Assembly (NCBI GenBank): GCA_964016885.1
Contig: OZ024742.1
Location: forward strand, 261,268,001 to 261,332,000
DNA: 64,000 nucleotides
Direction of reading: 5' to 3'
Origin: Eledone cirrhosa
Lineage: Eukaryota
The notes below the pieces were generated by a model. It saw only the letters and a program-made list of their open reading frames with translations, was not told the origin of the DNA and searched no databases. Position 1 is the first letter of the stretch. The number at the start of each line of letters is the position of its first letter. Positions 12,440 to 25,258 of this stretch are shown here, one piece after another. A program made the position numbers and the translations under genes.

Positions 12440-15300
12440 AAGGAATTTTGTCTGCCACTCCTAACAAGTTGCTCCTGTTACCGCGTCGTACTCCATGAAA
12501 GCGGTGCCTCTCATTTCAATGTGTTTGGTATTCGACAACACTACGGTGACATCATCGGCATATGCTGACACGGATCTCCCACATCCTAGTTCGCGCGGGC
12601 CACTCCTCATCGCCTCCAATTTGTATAGTGATGGCTCGAAAGTTACCGTATTTCCCGTTGTCGAAGACGCTTCGCCCTCGGGGACGCACCCCAATTTTGA
12701 CAACCAAAAATTTGAAAACAATAATAAACTTTAAAATAAGTATTTTTTTATTATTAATATTTGCTGGTAAACCTTTTTAACATTTTACTTCTTTTGTCAC
12801 TTACTAATGTTCTCTTAAAATCAGGTTGTTTGAAGAGAATGAAAATACACAGCATATAGAAATATCACTCGTCAGTTGCCTCGTCTACCCTACTCTGCTC
12901 ATATGGGAATGGATTTTTGTGTTTGCGTATATGTTTTTAAAATTTTTATGGTACTTTTATTTATTTTCTATTATAACTAAATATAATTTATACACTTCAT
13001 TGAGAGGCCATTCAGATTACTGTCTAGCATAGATAATTTTCCTCTGGGGTTAGGATATGCCTATGAGAAATACAACCTTTGGCCTCCAAGATGCATGGTA
13101 GATTTTCGAGATTTATTTTATGAAAAAAATAACGTCTTCGACACCGGGAAATACGGTACTATATATAACATAGATGAGAGGGGCCAAACTTGGCGGTCCG
13201 AGTGCATGATGTTCAATGGTTCCGATAGGTGACCGTTCACTCTAATCACAGAGTAGATATCGCTGTGCATTTCAGCGATCCAGCCCCCGAAAACAGGTCC
13301 GAAGCCGGCTGGCTTGAGGACTGTCGTCAGATATCGATAGTCGACCATATCGAAAGCTTTCGATTGATCTAAGTTGATCAGGGCTCCCAACCGTGCCAGG
13401 CTCCTTAGCCACCCTCCGTATGATGTATCGCATGAGAGGGGGGTTGTCGTGGATGGATCTGTTCAGAATGGCACATGTTTGCACCTCCCCTACCAGACCT
13501 CCGGCGACAAGCACCAACCTCGTCGCTAACACCTTGGTTAAAATTTCAAACTCTGCATTTAACAGAGTTATGGGTCTAAAATTATCATTATATTCCTCCT
13601 TATTCGCGTCCTTTCTCTGCAGCACCAACACTCTGATACTCACAGAACTGGGAATTCTCCCGTTCTGCTGTCAGTTGTCGTAGACGTCTGCTAAGAGGTC
13701 ATTGAACAAGTCTGGCACGTAAGCTTAAAGCTCGTAGGGCAAACCATCCATACCAGGTGACTTACCTCTCGTGCAGTTAGTCATTGCCTCCCATATTTCA
13801 GCGGCTGTTACTGACTTTTCGCAACATTCTGTCTTCGTGGTTGAGCGCCGCGACCGGCCGTCGAGGTAGACACTGAATTCCATCGCGATCCGGCCCACCA
13901 CCACTCCCGAATATTTCAGTGAAGTGTTAGTGAAAAGCCGAACACATCTGCTGGGAATCGAGTAACATACACCCGTTAGAGGTCCGCTAAAAGCCTGATT
14001 GTGGCTTTGTGGTCATGCCGCACCTCAACCACTCGAGCCCATTGAACGGATTTTGTCCCTTCTTGTCTAAAAGCACGCGCCCTAGCTCTAACAAAGCAGC
14101 TTTCGTGCTTTGAGTTGGCGAATTGGTAGAATGCCAATCTCGCCGCAAGTACGCCAGTTGTGTTTCTTTTCTTAAACGCCTCTTCTAGTTTTTTAACTAT
14201 CTCTCCCGCAAGTCAAATTTACCAAACCTTATCAATTCTACTCTATTCACTCTTTTCAAGGCGAACTACTATTTGTTGTTGACGATTGCCCCCGTCAACG
14301 ACCGCTTAACTAGCTCACAAATCCTGTCTCTGTAGTCTTTGCACGCCGGAAAGAGCGCGTTCAGCTTCCAGTAACCGGAACCCTGTCTATGAAGCCTATC
14401 TAAGTCGACTGCACAGATCACAAATTTGTGGTCTGTGTAGTCGACTACTTTGAATTGTGGACAGCCTATGCTAGAGCTATCTATTTCCCTACACAATACC
14501 CTATCTAGTTACGATTTGGATGGCCGAATGTAGTTTGTTCATATCCATATTCGGGAAATCCAATCGGCACCAGTCACACAATTGGAAATGTCTGAGCAGG
14601 TTTGCGAGGCTTTACATCCTCCTCTACTATCTGTTATCTGCACACAGTCTCAGTGTACTTCAAAGATCCCGTTCCAGTCGCCCATTTACACTAAAGTGCT
14701 AGAAAGCTTTCTATGCGCCTGAAGAAATTGGGCTGTCCTGTCCCTTTCGGCGTAAAGATGGCTATTTGCCTGAAGGCATACTCTTCGTTCCTGGTCACGT
14801 CCAGCACTACTAACTTACCTACTGGGTCCAGAAAGATGGTCCATATTGTGAGATCCAAGCCTTTCCGAAACAACACAACAAACCTGCCTCCAGATCAAGG
14901 ACAACTTGATGCGAACACCTCGTAGTCGCCGAATGTAGGTGCGAAGGTTCGTGCCTCGGAAATTCTGTCCTCTCTGTCTTCTACATCTATGATCAGTTAC
15001 CTGAGGTCATTGAGCAAGTGACCTTGCTTCCAAAACAACTCCAGGTCACATGCAATTAAACTGCTTATCCCCAGTCAGACCATGTTCTATGACGACGAAG
15101 AAAATGTTAGAAGGGCCACTACAGCAATCACCTGTGCTGCTTTCGGGACATCAGCGTATCTAGTGAAGGAGGCTGTCTTTTCTATGGAGGGCATATCTGA
15201 GAGAGGCACCACAAACAGGAGTGGTCATGAGACAGTTCCTTGGAGGCACACCGCTTGTTATTGATGTTTCTTTTGAGAGGACCCCGTTGACTGCAACAGT
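12440..15300 (-). mobile_element. Degenerate L1/Tx1-like LINE (ORF1 end, APE endonuclease, RT), interrupted by a MITE
   Basis: ATG at 15083; DPVGKLVVLDV, YTDHK, GSGYWKLN, NFRPITLLN, LDQSKAFD and SAYADDV in order. Confidence 0.9.
12646..13156. mobile_element. Tc1/mariner-pogo-type MITE
   Basis: TIRs CCGTATTTCCCG(T/G)TGTCGAAGACG, flanked by TA, splits the LINE RT; shorter relative at 53215-53384. Confidence 0.85.
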
Positions 15301-15765
15301 CTAGCTTCTGTATTTTAAGAAGTCACGAAGCCATTCACCTAATTTTCCAACTGTTCCGAAACTACAGTTTGTGACATATGATTCTATGTTCAACCCTGTC
15401 GAAGGCTTTCGCAAAGTCGAGATATATCACATGCACGTTTGAACGGACTAGTAGCTGTTTCAGTTCCAAGTCATAATGTTGTAAGAGCGAGTTGTGTATG
15501 ATATATATATATATATATATCAATTTGTGTATACACAAATTGGTGCAGTCTCAGTTACACATTCTGTATGTATGCAGATATAACTTTATCGTACTCTTCG
15601 GCTGCTAGCGTACTTCTTAATATATATATATCTTAATTAATTACCAACACGAGAGCTAACTGTATATAAGTTAGTACGTCCATTTCAAAATAAAACTAAG
15701 AACGAATGGGTATTTAAGCCAACCAAATGCATTTTTCCTCGTGGTTGTTTAGATGATATATACGC

Positions 15766-15806
15766 CTTCTGATGAGAATCCAATTAGGTCCGAAAATCGA
15801 TTAAAG
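15766..15806 (+). ncRNA. Minimal type I hammerhead ribozyme (PLE-type)
   Basis: CTT-CTGATGA-GAATC caatta GGTCC-GAA-AATCGATT-A-AAG: palindromic stem III, UUA triplet, stem I CTT/AAG, one stem II mismatch. Confidence 0.7.
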
Positions 15807-16369
15807 TTGTTTATCCTTTTTTTTTTTATTCACAGGGAAATTCGTATTTTCTGGCATATTTACATATTAAATATGTATATATTTAATATGTATATATTTA
15901 TATATACATTTGTGCAGTCTCGGTTACAACCCAGTATATATACAGTATATCTACAGCGCACTTCTTAAAATATATGTGTGGTGTATGTATGTATGCATGT
16001 GTATGTTCACGTGTATTCGTGTACACACACGCACACACACACACATATATATATTTATATATAAAGTTATGAATGGAAGCTTAAGGGTAAATAGTAGTAG
16101 TAGTTGTTGTTGTTGTTCTATGGAGCAATTATTACTGATTGGTAAATCAATGCTTCGGGATGGGAGAAGACGATATATAGAACGTATAATGGTATGATGG
16201 ATCGATACTAAAATGGCAATGACATTATTCCTCATTCATCGATAATGGAATGTTTTAAGATGTCAGAGATAACAGAAAATAGAAGAACGTTGATTGTAAA
16301 GATTGAAAGTAAACGACAAAAAAAAAAAAAAAAATAATAATAATAAATAAATTCTTCCGGGGAGATAGG

Positions 16370-17270
16370 AAGTGGCAACACTTAACATCCTGTAAAGATT
16401 TAATAGAAAATATCTAAAATAGGTTTGTTAATTCAAATGTTTATAGAATATTTACATTGTGAAGATTTGCAGTATTAACTCTTTACATTCTATAATTATT
16501 TTGTAGAAAATATTTAATTGTTTCTACTTTAGGCACAAGGCCAGCAATTACCCAGTGCATTACTGGTACTTTATTTTATCGACCCCGTAAGGATGAAAGG
16601 CAAAGTCAACCTCGGCGGGATTTGAACTCAGATCGTAAAGGGACGTAACTATGCTGGAAAGCATGGCGTCCGACTCTCTACCGATACTGCCAATATTTAA
16701 TATGGGTTCGTTATAATTCAAATGTTTATAATATATTTACTAGAGGAGAACTCGCTGTGAAATTTGCTAATTTTAACTATTAACATCAAGTAGTGACTTA
16801 ACAGAAAATACCTAATAAAGATTTGGTAATTCAAATGTTTTGAGTATCTTTTCTAATAGACAGAACGCTGTGAAAAATTGCAGTATTAGAGTATGGAATT
16901 TAATTTTTAATGTGACGCACTTATTGGTATGTTTCGTACCTTTAAAGAATATAATGCTCAGTCAAAGGACAGACAGCGCCTATGAGCCATAGTAATGACC
17001 TCTAAGATCTGAGCAGAACGTTTGCAATAGAATGGGATGAAAGACGAAGGCTAGGTTGTGATGTCAAACTGGGTGACCCTCAACTTATTTAGACTATTTT
17101 AGGTTAGTACGGGTCAAAACTGCCAAAGTCCATCTCAACGGCTGATGACTGGATTTCTGTGTCCTTTGTTTTGTATTTTTATTTTATATGTCTGTTGACT
17201 CTAAACTGAACAAATCTAATACTGCTAGAATGTATTAGTACCAAATAGCTTACAAGAGAGGTCAAATGTT
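16370..17270 (+). repeat. Unclassified repeat with ~100 bp internal subrepeats; inverted homolog at 25640-26466
   Basis: gggtgaccctcaacttatttagactattttaggtt is the reverse complement of 25770-25805; subrepeat taattcaaatgttt occurs three times. Confidence 0.7.
16505..16695 (-). mobile_element. tRNA-derived SINE, family A (Meta/MESC-like core)
   Basis: B box gagttcaaatccc; core tttgcctttcatccttacggggtcgataaaataaagtacc; tail ggccttgtgcctaaagtagaaac. Confidence 0.85.
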
Positions 17271-17585
17271 TAATCTTAAACACGTTGCTTGAGAAGGAAT
17301 AAATGAAAATTGGCATTCATGTCATGTAGAAAGTTAAATTACATCAAACTCAACCTAAATTTGAAGAATGTAATGGACCTCCGTCGGTTGGAAACAACAT
17401 GGCTATTGAGAAAAGGAGAGACGAGTGAAACGGGAATGCTTGAGTGGCACATATTTCTTCTTTTCGTTTTTTTTTCTGGTGGGGGGAGGGGGTCTAGTAC
17501 GTTTGTATGGCAGCAACGCCGTCATAGATATGGGAATATGGGGGCAACACCCCCTCTCTCTCTCTATATATATATATATATTATA

Positions 17586-17663
<78 letters not shown>

Positions 17664-17669
17664 TATATA

Positions 17670-19990
17670 TATATTTATTAAAATAACAGATTAAAGTTTA
17701 AGCAAAGAATCGCTGCTTTCACCCTTAACGGGATCTTCTGAAACTAACAAAGTCAATCTGTAAACGCAGAAGTGGATATTTCAAAAAACGTTGCAACCGG
17801 AGGAAAACAGGAAGACGATACTTTGGTTCGTGGAAACGTTCCCTGGCAAAGAACGGGAAAAAACGAATATAATACGTCATTAATAGGAGCGGTGAAAAAC
17901 AACGTTTATGGTATAAAAGAGGTCGTAGACTAATGTTCTCTTAGGTGGTTCATAGAGACGTTCTCTGGAAATGAACGAAAAAAACGAAGATAGTACGTTA
18001 TATGTGGAGCGTGGAGAACAATTGCACGCAAAGACAAAACCACGTAAATGGTATAGCAGAAGTGGTAGACTAAAATTCTAACTAGGAGACCGAATGAACA
18101 AAGTAAATAAATACAATACACGCATAGAAATTAATAGAAATTAAATAAATACATACACGCATACAAATACGTACATACACAAGCATACGCGAAAACACTT
18201 ACCATAGGTATACAAAACCACGCACATATAAATATGTGTGTGTGTGTATGCGTGTATACAAATAAATAAATAATTAAATAAACGTATATAAATAAGTAAA
18301 TACGTATATAACAAGCGCACACACATACCTACATGTAAATACACAAATGTTCGGAGACGTAAGTCAACCAAAACACGAAGTACACATATACACACACCCT
18401 ACATACGTACGGACCTGCATACTCACACAGACGCAAAACTCCCGTATACACATAACCAAACCATATGTACCAGAATATATAAAATTATACGCCATAACAT
18501 ATACAATCAAATATACGTACGAGAAGGTATACGTACCTTCACAAAACATACAGGTAATATATACTTACCTATGCAAATAAGTAATGGTATAAACAAAACA
18601 TATACTTAGCTACCACATCAAGACGTAAAATATCCACGTATAGATCGTACTATCCGTTAGGGTATAACGTGGGGCTGTAATACAGGAAAGTTTTGTGCAA
18701 TTTATGTTTACAAGCCGAAATTGCCTCAGATTTTTTGTTTAAGATGTGGTCTGTGGCGTAGAGTATTTCCAGGGCCTCAGTGGCGCATAGGTCACATGGT
18801 CTTTTATTTCCGTTATACGATCTAGCCCTAGCTAGGATCTCCCAGTGTAACTTATATCGGGTGTGGTTGTCTTTTAGACTCCAGATATAAGCTGAAAGTG
18901 ACGTCATATTCCTTCTTAGAGGGTAACGAAAAGAATGTGTATGCATGTATAGACGCTGCTTGAATCTATTGGCGGTTAACCCTGTGTAGGCCCTACGGGA
19001 CGTGGGTGTTTCAACCTTACATTTGTAGACAATGTTACTAGAGAGGCATTTCCCGGATAGGGGGCAATCAACCCGATTCCTACAATTACAGTTAGTACTA
19101 ACTACAGGGTTGCACGTGTTCCTACGGCTAGGTAGTTTAGCTAAATTTGAAGCTGTGATGTTATGTGCAAGTTGTCGATAAGGTAGCACATACAGAGTAC
19201 GAAAATAGACCTAGAAGAAATAGATCTCGTCGCATTTGTTGGTATAACCCACTATATAATATGGAGGTGGCCACACCATTAGCTAAGATCTTTCTTTCCC
19301 TTATTACGAAGTATTTTCCCCCTACACATAAATATAGTAACATTTTTAATAGAAATACTATTAAAATTTCTTACTCTACGACTCCTAACCTTGCACATAA
19401 CATCACAGCTTCAAATTTAGCTAAACTACCTAACTTCTTAACTCTGAAGCGGAGATTCATTCGGTCTCCTAGTTAGAATTTTAGTCTACGACTTCTGCTA
19501 TACCATTTACGTGGTTTTGTCTTTGCGTGCAATTGTTCTCCACGCTCCACATATGACGTACTATCTTCGTTTTTTTCGTTCATTGCCAGAGAACGTCTCT
19601 ATGAACCACCTAAGAGAACATTAGTCTACGACCTCTTTTATACCATAAACGTGGTTATGTCTTTGCGCGTAATTGTTTTTCACCGCTCCTATTTATGACG
19701 TATTATATTCGTTTTTTCTCGTTCTTTGCCAGGGAACGTTTCCACGAACCAAAGTATCGTCTTCCTGTCTTCCTCCCGTTGCAACGTTTTTTGAAATATC
19801 CACTCCTGCGTTTACAGATTGACTTTGTTAGTTTCAGAAGATCCCGTTAAGGGTGAAAGCAGCGATTCTTTGCTTAAATTTTAATCTGTTATTTTAATAA
19901 ATATTTGCTCTACGGTTCTTATATATTTGATATATATTTATCCTTATCGAGCCCTCTTTGGATTTTAGTCTTCAAATTTATTATTATTAC
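17670..19990. mobile_element. Naiad-like PLE as an inverted (tails-out) pair of truncated copies between (TA)n tracts
   Basis: Minus copy 19175 to 17670 carries GIY-YIG and 3'UTR; plus copy 19185-19990 carries the linker RRICWYNP..IFNRNTIKISYS, then jumps to the 3'UTR; 17675-18090 and 19465-19905 are near-identical inverted arms. Confidence 0.85.
18650..19174 (-). CDS. PLE GIY-YIG endonuclease domain (5'-truncated ORF)
   Basis: CNC..CPLSGKC, NIVY, AYTG, FKQRLYMHTHSF, TSLSAYIW, CDLC..E, LNKKSE..CKHK; uninterrupted. Confidence 0.85.
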   Translation of the reverse strand, partial: QLAHNITASNLAKLPSRRNTCNPVVSTNCNCRNRVDCPLSGKCLSSNIVYKCKVETPTSRRAYTGLTANRFKQRLYMHTHSFRYPLRRNMTSLSAYIWSLKDNHTRYKLHWEILARARSYNGNKRPCDLCATEALEILYATDHILNKKSEAISACKHKLHKTFLYYSPTLYPNG

Positions 19991-20002
19991 TATATATATA
20001 TA

Positions 20003-21350
20003 TGATAAAGAACACAAGAGCGTCTACAACATCAAACGATTTTTATTGGCTTACAATGTTTCTTCCTTACGTAACCGTAGGATTCGTCAGAGCTATAAAA
20101 GGGGTTTGATTGGTGTTATGGACTCTACCAACCAAACATTCAAGAACAAAGAGTAAAGAGAGTAAAGAGCAAAAGCAGGGGACGATAAGTCTAATTTTGG
20201 TGCGGGCGGGTGGGGTGTGGGTCCTTGTTTACTAGCTGTGGTCATATTCATTCCCGGGAGTCGAGTGGTTAGTTGAGCCATAGATGGGGTGGCGTCGATA
20301 GTAGGGTGCAGAGGGTGTGCAGAGGCTACACACACACAAAGGGCATACAATATATATATAACGGGGGAGAAAGTACATGAGGTAATTAGAAATGGAAAAA
20401 GAGTAATAATAATAATCTATAATTAATAATGTATAATAAGGCATGGGGAAGATTACACTATAATAAGATATAAAAGTAAGAATAAGGTAAAATATAAAGG
20501 AGGATAAAAGTGAAAATAAGAATAAAGATAAAAAATATATATATATATAAATAAAAAAAATATATAGAGAATATATAAAGAAATATAAGCAAGTATTAGA
20601 AAGGGAAAAACACAATGTAAAAAAACCGATTTTTTCAAATAAAAAAATTTTAAATATGGGGGGAGAAAACGGGATAGAGAAATATAATCAAATGTGATTA
20701 GTTGAGAGAATATAAGATGATAATAGTTATGTCAAGTTTATACATCTTAATAATAAATAATCTGTATATCAGAGTTACACATCCTTCAATTCACTTGCAG
20801 GTTCAACCCACGCGGCATAGTCCATTGTTCATCTGTGCGATCAAGTGCGTTTGTTTTTGACACCACAGCAGATACACAAGTTCGTAAATTCCAATGCAGA
20901 TAGAAATCTATTTTTGCTCACCCAGACATTGACGGAGGATCCAATATTCCTAGTTCAATATGTGTGTGGTGTTATTTTGGTCGCACAAATCAATCACTTG
21001 GTTCAATATTATGGAGTATGGTTTTCTGGTCTTCGTAACAGTGTCAGTGGTTGTATATCTCGAAATCACAAGGATCACTGTACTCCGGTTTGGTGTGATT
21101 ATCGGTCATCCAACTATGTTGTCGGTGGCTGGATTCAATTCTATTGCCCCGAACGTAGAACTTTGGTGTCGATTGAACATTAACGAGGCAGAGTGAGATC
21201 GCATCTGTGGTACAAAACGGTACGCAAGGAAATTCTTCTTCTTCGTTTCATCCGGGTCCAGCAGTCACGTGCAAGAACCGCTACGTAGTAATTGTGAGGG
21301 TAAGTGGTCAAGATAGTAACTGACCGAAAATTCTCTTAGGAATTCAGACA
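20003..21350 (-). mobile_element. Degenerate PLE (Neptune/Poseidon-like) with 3'UTR and hammerhead
   Basis: Remnants LRQCLGEQK and MPRGLN at 20795-20950; hammerhead and AATAAA near the end; terminates in (TA)n at 19990-20002. Confidence 0.5.
20049..20093 (-). ncRNA. Minimal type I hammerhead ribozyme
   Basis: Minus strand GCT-CTGACGA-A-TCCTACG gtta CGTAAGGA-A-GAA-AC att GT-A-AGC: intact core, GUA triplet, stem I GCT/AGC, AATAAA 1 nt downstream. Confidence 0.75.
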
Positions 21351-22039
21351 GGCATGACAGGTACATTTAAGTCAGCAGTTTCTTTATGTGTACGTGTGTC
21401 CGATACACACAGACACATATTTATATGTATTTCAACTCAAAAAATTCAATTGATTCGCTTATTGATATTATATCTCTGTTGCTCCGATGTGCATGTTGTG
21501 GTGTTCTGGTCGTGTTTAGCATTCACTGTGTTTTGCCATTACCTTGGAATATGATGTTATGGTCATCAATAGTCCGGCAAGCGCATTCCTCTCTTATATT
21601 GTGGAGAATGGTGTTCTGGTCCTCAGTAAACATTTGGGTCAGCAGGAGGGGTGGTGGTTCTCAGTTTCAACTGCGACAATACACATGTGTTACTCTACAT
21701 ATCGTGCTCCTCTCAAAGAAGAGTATTATAGGAGGAATTCATGCCAAACACCACATATAGAGAAGACTTCTACAGAAAAAATATACATACATACACACAT
21801 ATATACATATCATACACGCACATATACACATATACACATACATATATATATACACATACATATCACATATACACATACACACAATATAATACACTTGTAT
21901 ACAATATACATATATATATATATATATATACACAATATACATGTATACAATACACGTACACATGCATGCATGCACACACGTACGCACACATATATACATA
22001 TATTTGTGTGTATGTGTGTGTGAGAGAGAAAAAAGGAGA

Positions 22040-22096
<57 letters not shown>

Positions 22097-22099
22097 AAC

Positions 22100-22868
22100 C
22101 TTGTAGGGGACTGTTCCACCCCTAGGCTACCTATCTATCTGGGTTATGGGTTGGGGGGGGGAAGCTATAGTCAAGGAGGGGTATGTCTAGGTGGGGGTTG
22201 CGTAATATATGTTACGTCTATGTGCTAGGTTTAAAATAGAAGAAGGAACTCAGGATTTTGTGTTGGCAAGAGGAGAAAATTTCCGATTTCCTCTTAAGCA
22301 GGTTCAGTTTAGAGTGTATTATGGCATGGCATTCCAGTAAACACAGGTCACAACTCCCGCTCTGCGGTCGGTATGGCGTGGATCTAGTAAGCTTCCTCTA
22401 AAAAAGTGTGTATGGGGTACTATTATTTTTTAAAAAGGAGATGTATCCCGCCAGTGATGTCTATCGTGTCTAAATCTGTGCATATGCGAGTTAAATCTAG
22501 TTTTAAATGTATTGGACGTTGATCCTATATATGTTTTGGTAGAGTTGTGTGTGGTTACGTCACATGCATATACGATGTTTTTTATGAGGCAATCCCCCCT
22601 TAGGGGACAATTACTACTCCGCCTACAATTGCAACTGCGGGTTCGATCAGTTAGCGTACCTCCCGAACTTTAGTTACTAGCATTATCACTAGGTGCCTCT
22701 ATATCATTAGATGGCTCAGTGATGCTATTATGTTGCCCATTTTCCAGTGTAGTCGGTTGCTGGTGGTTAACTGCCATTTTAATTGCTTCGAAACCTTCTC
22801 TAGTTTTCCTAATGTTCGTGCGTGCTAGGTGTGATGCGAGGTTAGGTGTGGTCGAATAGGATAATTTA
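22100..22868 (-). mobile_element. Second Naiad-like PLE, 5'-truncated
   Basis: Manual translation: KLSYSTTPNL, CNCRRSSNCPLRGDC..NIVY..TYIG..FKTRFNSH, CDLCLLE, RKSEIFSSCQHK; stops and a deletion; lies between (CA)n and (TA)n. Confidence 0.85.
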
Positions 22869-22882
22869 TATATATATATATA

Positions 22883-23555
22883 TCGGGGGCAGTTCCCCCA
22901 TCGCCCGCCACTTTGGTGGCCCTGGACACTCCGCACGCCATCTCACAGTCTGTGGCCTACTCCAGTGCCACGGAACACTCGCCCATCGCCTTACGGTCGA
23001 ACAACACACTATCTTCATCTTACAGACCCACACTCCCCCCGGCCTGAACTCCCCACCCTTATTCCTTTAGCGTTCGACCGCCCCCCTCTCCCCACACTTA
23101 TCCCCCACTAACACCACTAACACACCCCTCCTTTTCACCGCCCACCCCACACTAACAATACTAACACCCCCACTCCACCCCTCATCTGACCACCCTTCCC
23201 CAACTAACATACTAACATCCCTTCCCTCTCCTCTCCTCTTCTCCTCCTCCCCCCTCCTTATCACACGCACACACGCACCCACTTACACCACCCACCCCAC
23301 ACGCAACTAACATCACTAACACCCCCCAACCCCACGCACACGTACCCACACACCCTCGTACACCACCAACTCTACACACCCTACCACCACTAACCCCCAC
23401 TCACACCTGCATTCCACCCCTCCCCACCTCCCGTATACTAACACCCATTAACACCTCTTCACCAAACTACACACACACCAGTACACCACACATAGAACCA
23501 CACACACCCTTCTCTCCCCGCTCCACACTCACTCATCCCACTAACACCCCTACTA

Positions 23556-23611
<56 letters not shown>

Positions 23612-24565
23612 CCTCACTCCAACTCTCACACCTACCCATCCTCGCCTCCCTACCATTCCGCCGACTGCTGCTATGCCCTTCCGACCACCTCTCAGCACCA
23701 ACTGACCACAGCACTCCCACTGCTGACCACCTCCTGTTGCGCGCGCACCCCACATCTCTCCTCTTCCGACCACCGCTTCTTGGATTACCCACACGCGAAA
23801 TTGACTTCTAACCAAATCTCCAAACATCCGTGGAACTTACCAACTTTTCAACCATCCTCTTACACCATCACCTTATAACTCACCCCCCCCCATTTTTTTT
23901 TTATCCACACGCCACCCACACCCACAACACATTTAAACCACACACACGTGCTTCCCACCACATATTTACACCCTCAGCCTCCTGATTCCTCTCCCCCCAC
24001 CCCCTATCCACACACGCACAGACACTCCGACCCACAAAAACACCCCCCACACACACCTTCCTGAACATGCAACCCCGTTCTTCCCCCAACCCTCACTTTC
24101 ACATACACACACACACACACACACGCACACCTAACCACACACACCACCTTCAGCCCTCCCCGCTCGGACACTCCGTCTCCCTCTCCCCACTCCACCCGCC
24201 ACCACCCCTACTCACCCCACACCCTTCCACCACCTGTTTACCCCCCCTTTTAATTTCAGTTTATTTTGATCATGCCTTTATTTTTAAATTTTCTCATTCC
24301 TTGTATTTTGATCATGCTTTATTTTTATTTATTATATTTTTTGTCTTTATTTGTTAATTTTTCCTTCGCACCGTTTCCTTTCGCTATATGTCTCTCCACC
24401 ACTCCCCTACACACCTTTTGAACTCTGTTCCCACACACTTCTCACCTGAAGAAGGGCTTATGCCCGAAACGTCGTCCCCCACCTACCCCCCACTCTCCTG
24501 AGCGTGAATTTAATAAACATTTATTGTACTGCCTCTCTGTTCTGTCCCTGTTCAATTTTTCATTA
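22883..24565 (+). mobile_element. Neptune-like PLE 3' part with a long C/A-rich 3'UTR
   Basis: PIARHF..GH..LTVCGL..R..EQ..IF.LQT..PPGLN (GIY-YIG C-terminus); hammerhead at 24446; AATAAA at 24512; (TA)n at both ends. Confidence 0.8.
24444..24475 (+). ncRNA. Minimal hammerhead ribozyme
   Basis: AC-CTGAAGA-A-GGGC ttat GCCC-GAA-ACGT-C-GT: perfect stem II, palindromic stem III, GUC triplet; stem I only 2 bp. Confidence 0.7.
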
Positions 24566-24843
24566 TATATATATATATATATATATTTATTGTACTGTGT
24601 TGTTTGCTTTGTTGTTTCCGTTTACTTTTTGCATTCACACACATGCACAACGAATTTTTCCTTTTCAGCACAGAAACCTTCGATCACCGTCTTTTAAAAC
24701 ATGGCCAACTGAACTTCTTATACACCAACGCCAGATTCATGGAGACCTAAATAGACATGATTTTTCTCAAATAATTTTTTTTTCGCTTCTGCCACTGCTC
24801 ACCCTCCTGTCTTTTTTATTTTTCCTTTAATTTCTCATTCTAT

Positions 24844-24878
24844 TTTCTGATGAAGGGCTAGCGTACGAAACGTTAAGA
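24844..24878 (+). ncRNA. Minimal hammerhead ribozyme in a PLE-like tail, family X
   Basis: TTT-CTGATGA-A-GGGC tagc GTAC-GA-AACGTT-A-AGA: palindromic AACGTT, UUA triplet, weakened stem II. Confidence 0.65.
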
Positions 24879-24913
24879 CTCTTTTCCTACTGTATCAAGC
24901 GTAAAATTAATAT

Positions 24914-25139
24914 GGTGTCAAAATATCATCATTATGTATATTCACGGGCAATCGGTATCGATCGTGCCCAACTCTAGAATTGATAGCTTATTAGAGCCGT
25001 GGTTTCCTTAATAACAGCAGATATTTTATGTGGTATCGATTCCAGAGTCGTGTCCGATTGATACCGATTGCTCCTCGAGCTGATCAATCGCGAAACGCGC
25101 ATCACACGTGAGTAAACATAATAATGATATTTTGACACC
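24914..25139. repeat. Imperfect fold-back hairpin element
   Basis: Outer arms ggtgtcaaaatatcat..cacg and cgtg..atgatattttgacacc; inner arms gcaatcggtatc(g/a)atcg and actct(a/g)gaat(t/c)gata. Confidence 0.8.
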
Positions 25140-25191
25140 GCGTTCCTACTCCTTATATATATATATATGTGTGTGTGTGTGCGTGTGTGTG

Positions 25192-25258
<67 letters not shown>

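Noticed and set aside
21544-21780. Possible host exon
   Set aside because: No recognisable domain or convincing splice sites; runs into a microsatellite within a TE cluster.
18650-22868. Selenocysteine recoding, reported for some Naiad PLEs
   Set aside because: All conserved Cys positions I translated in both Naiad-like copies are TGY codons; there is no in-frame TGA at those sites.
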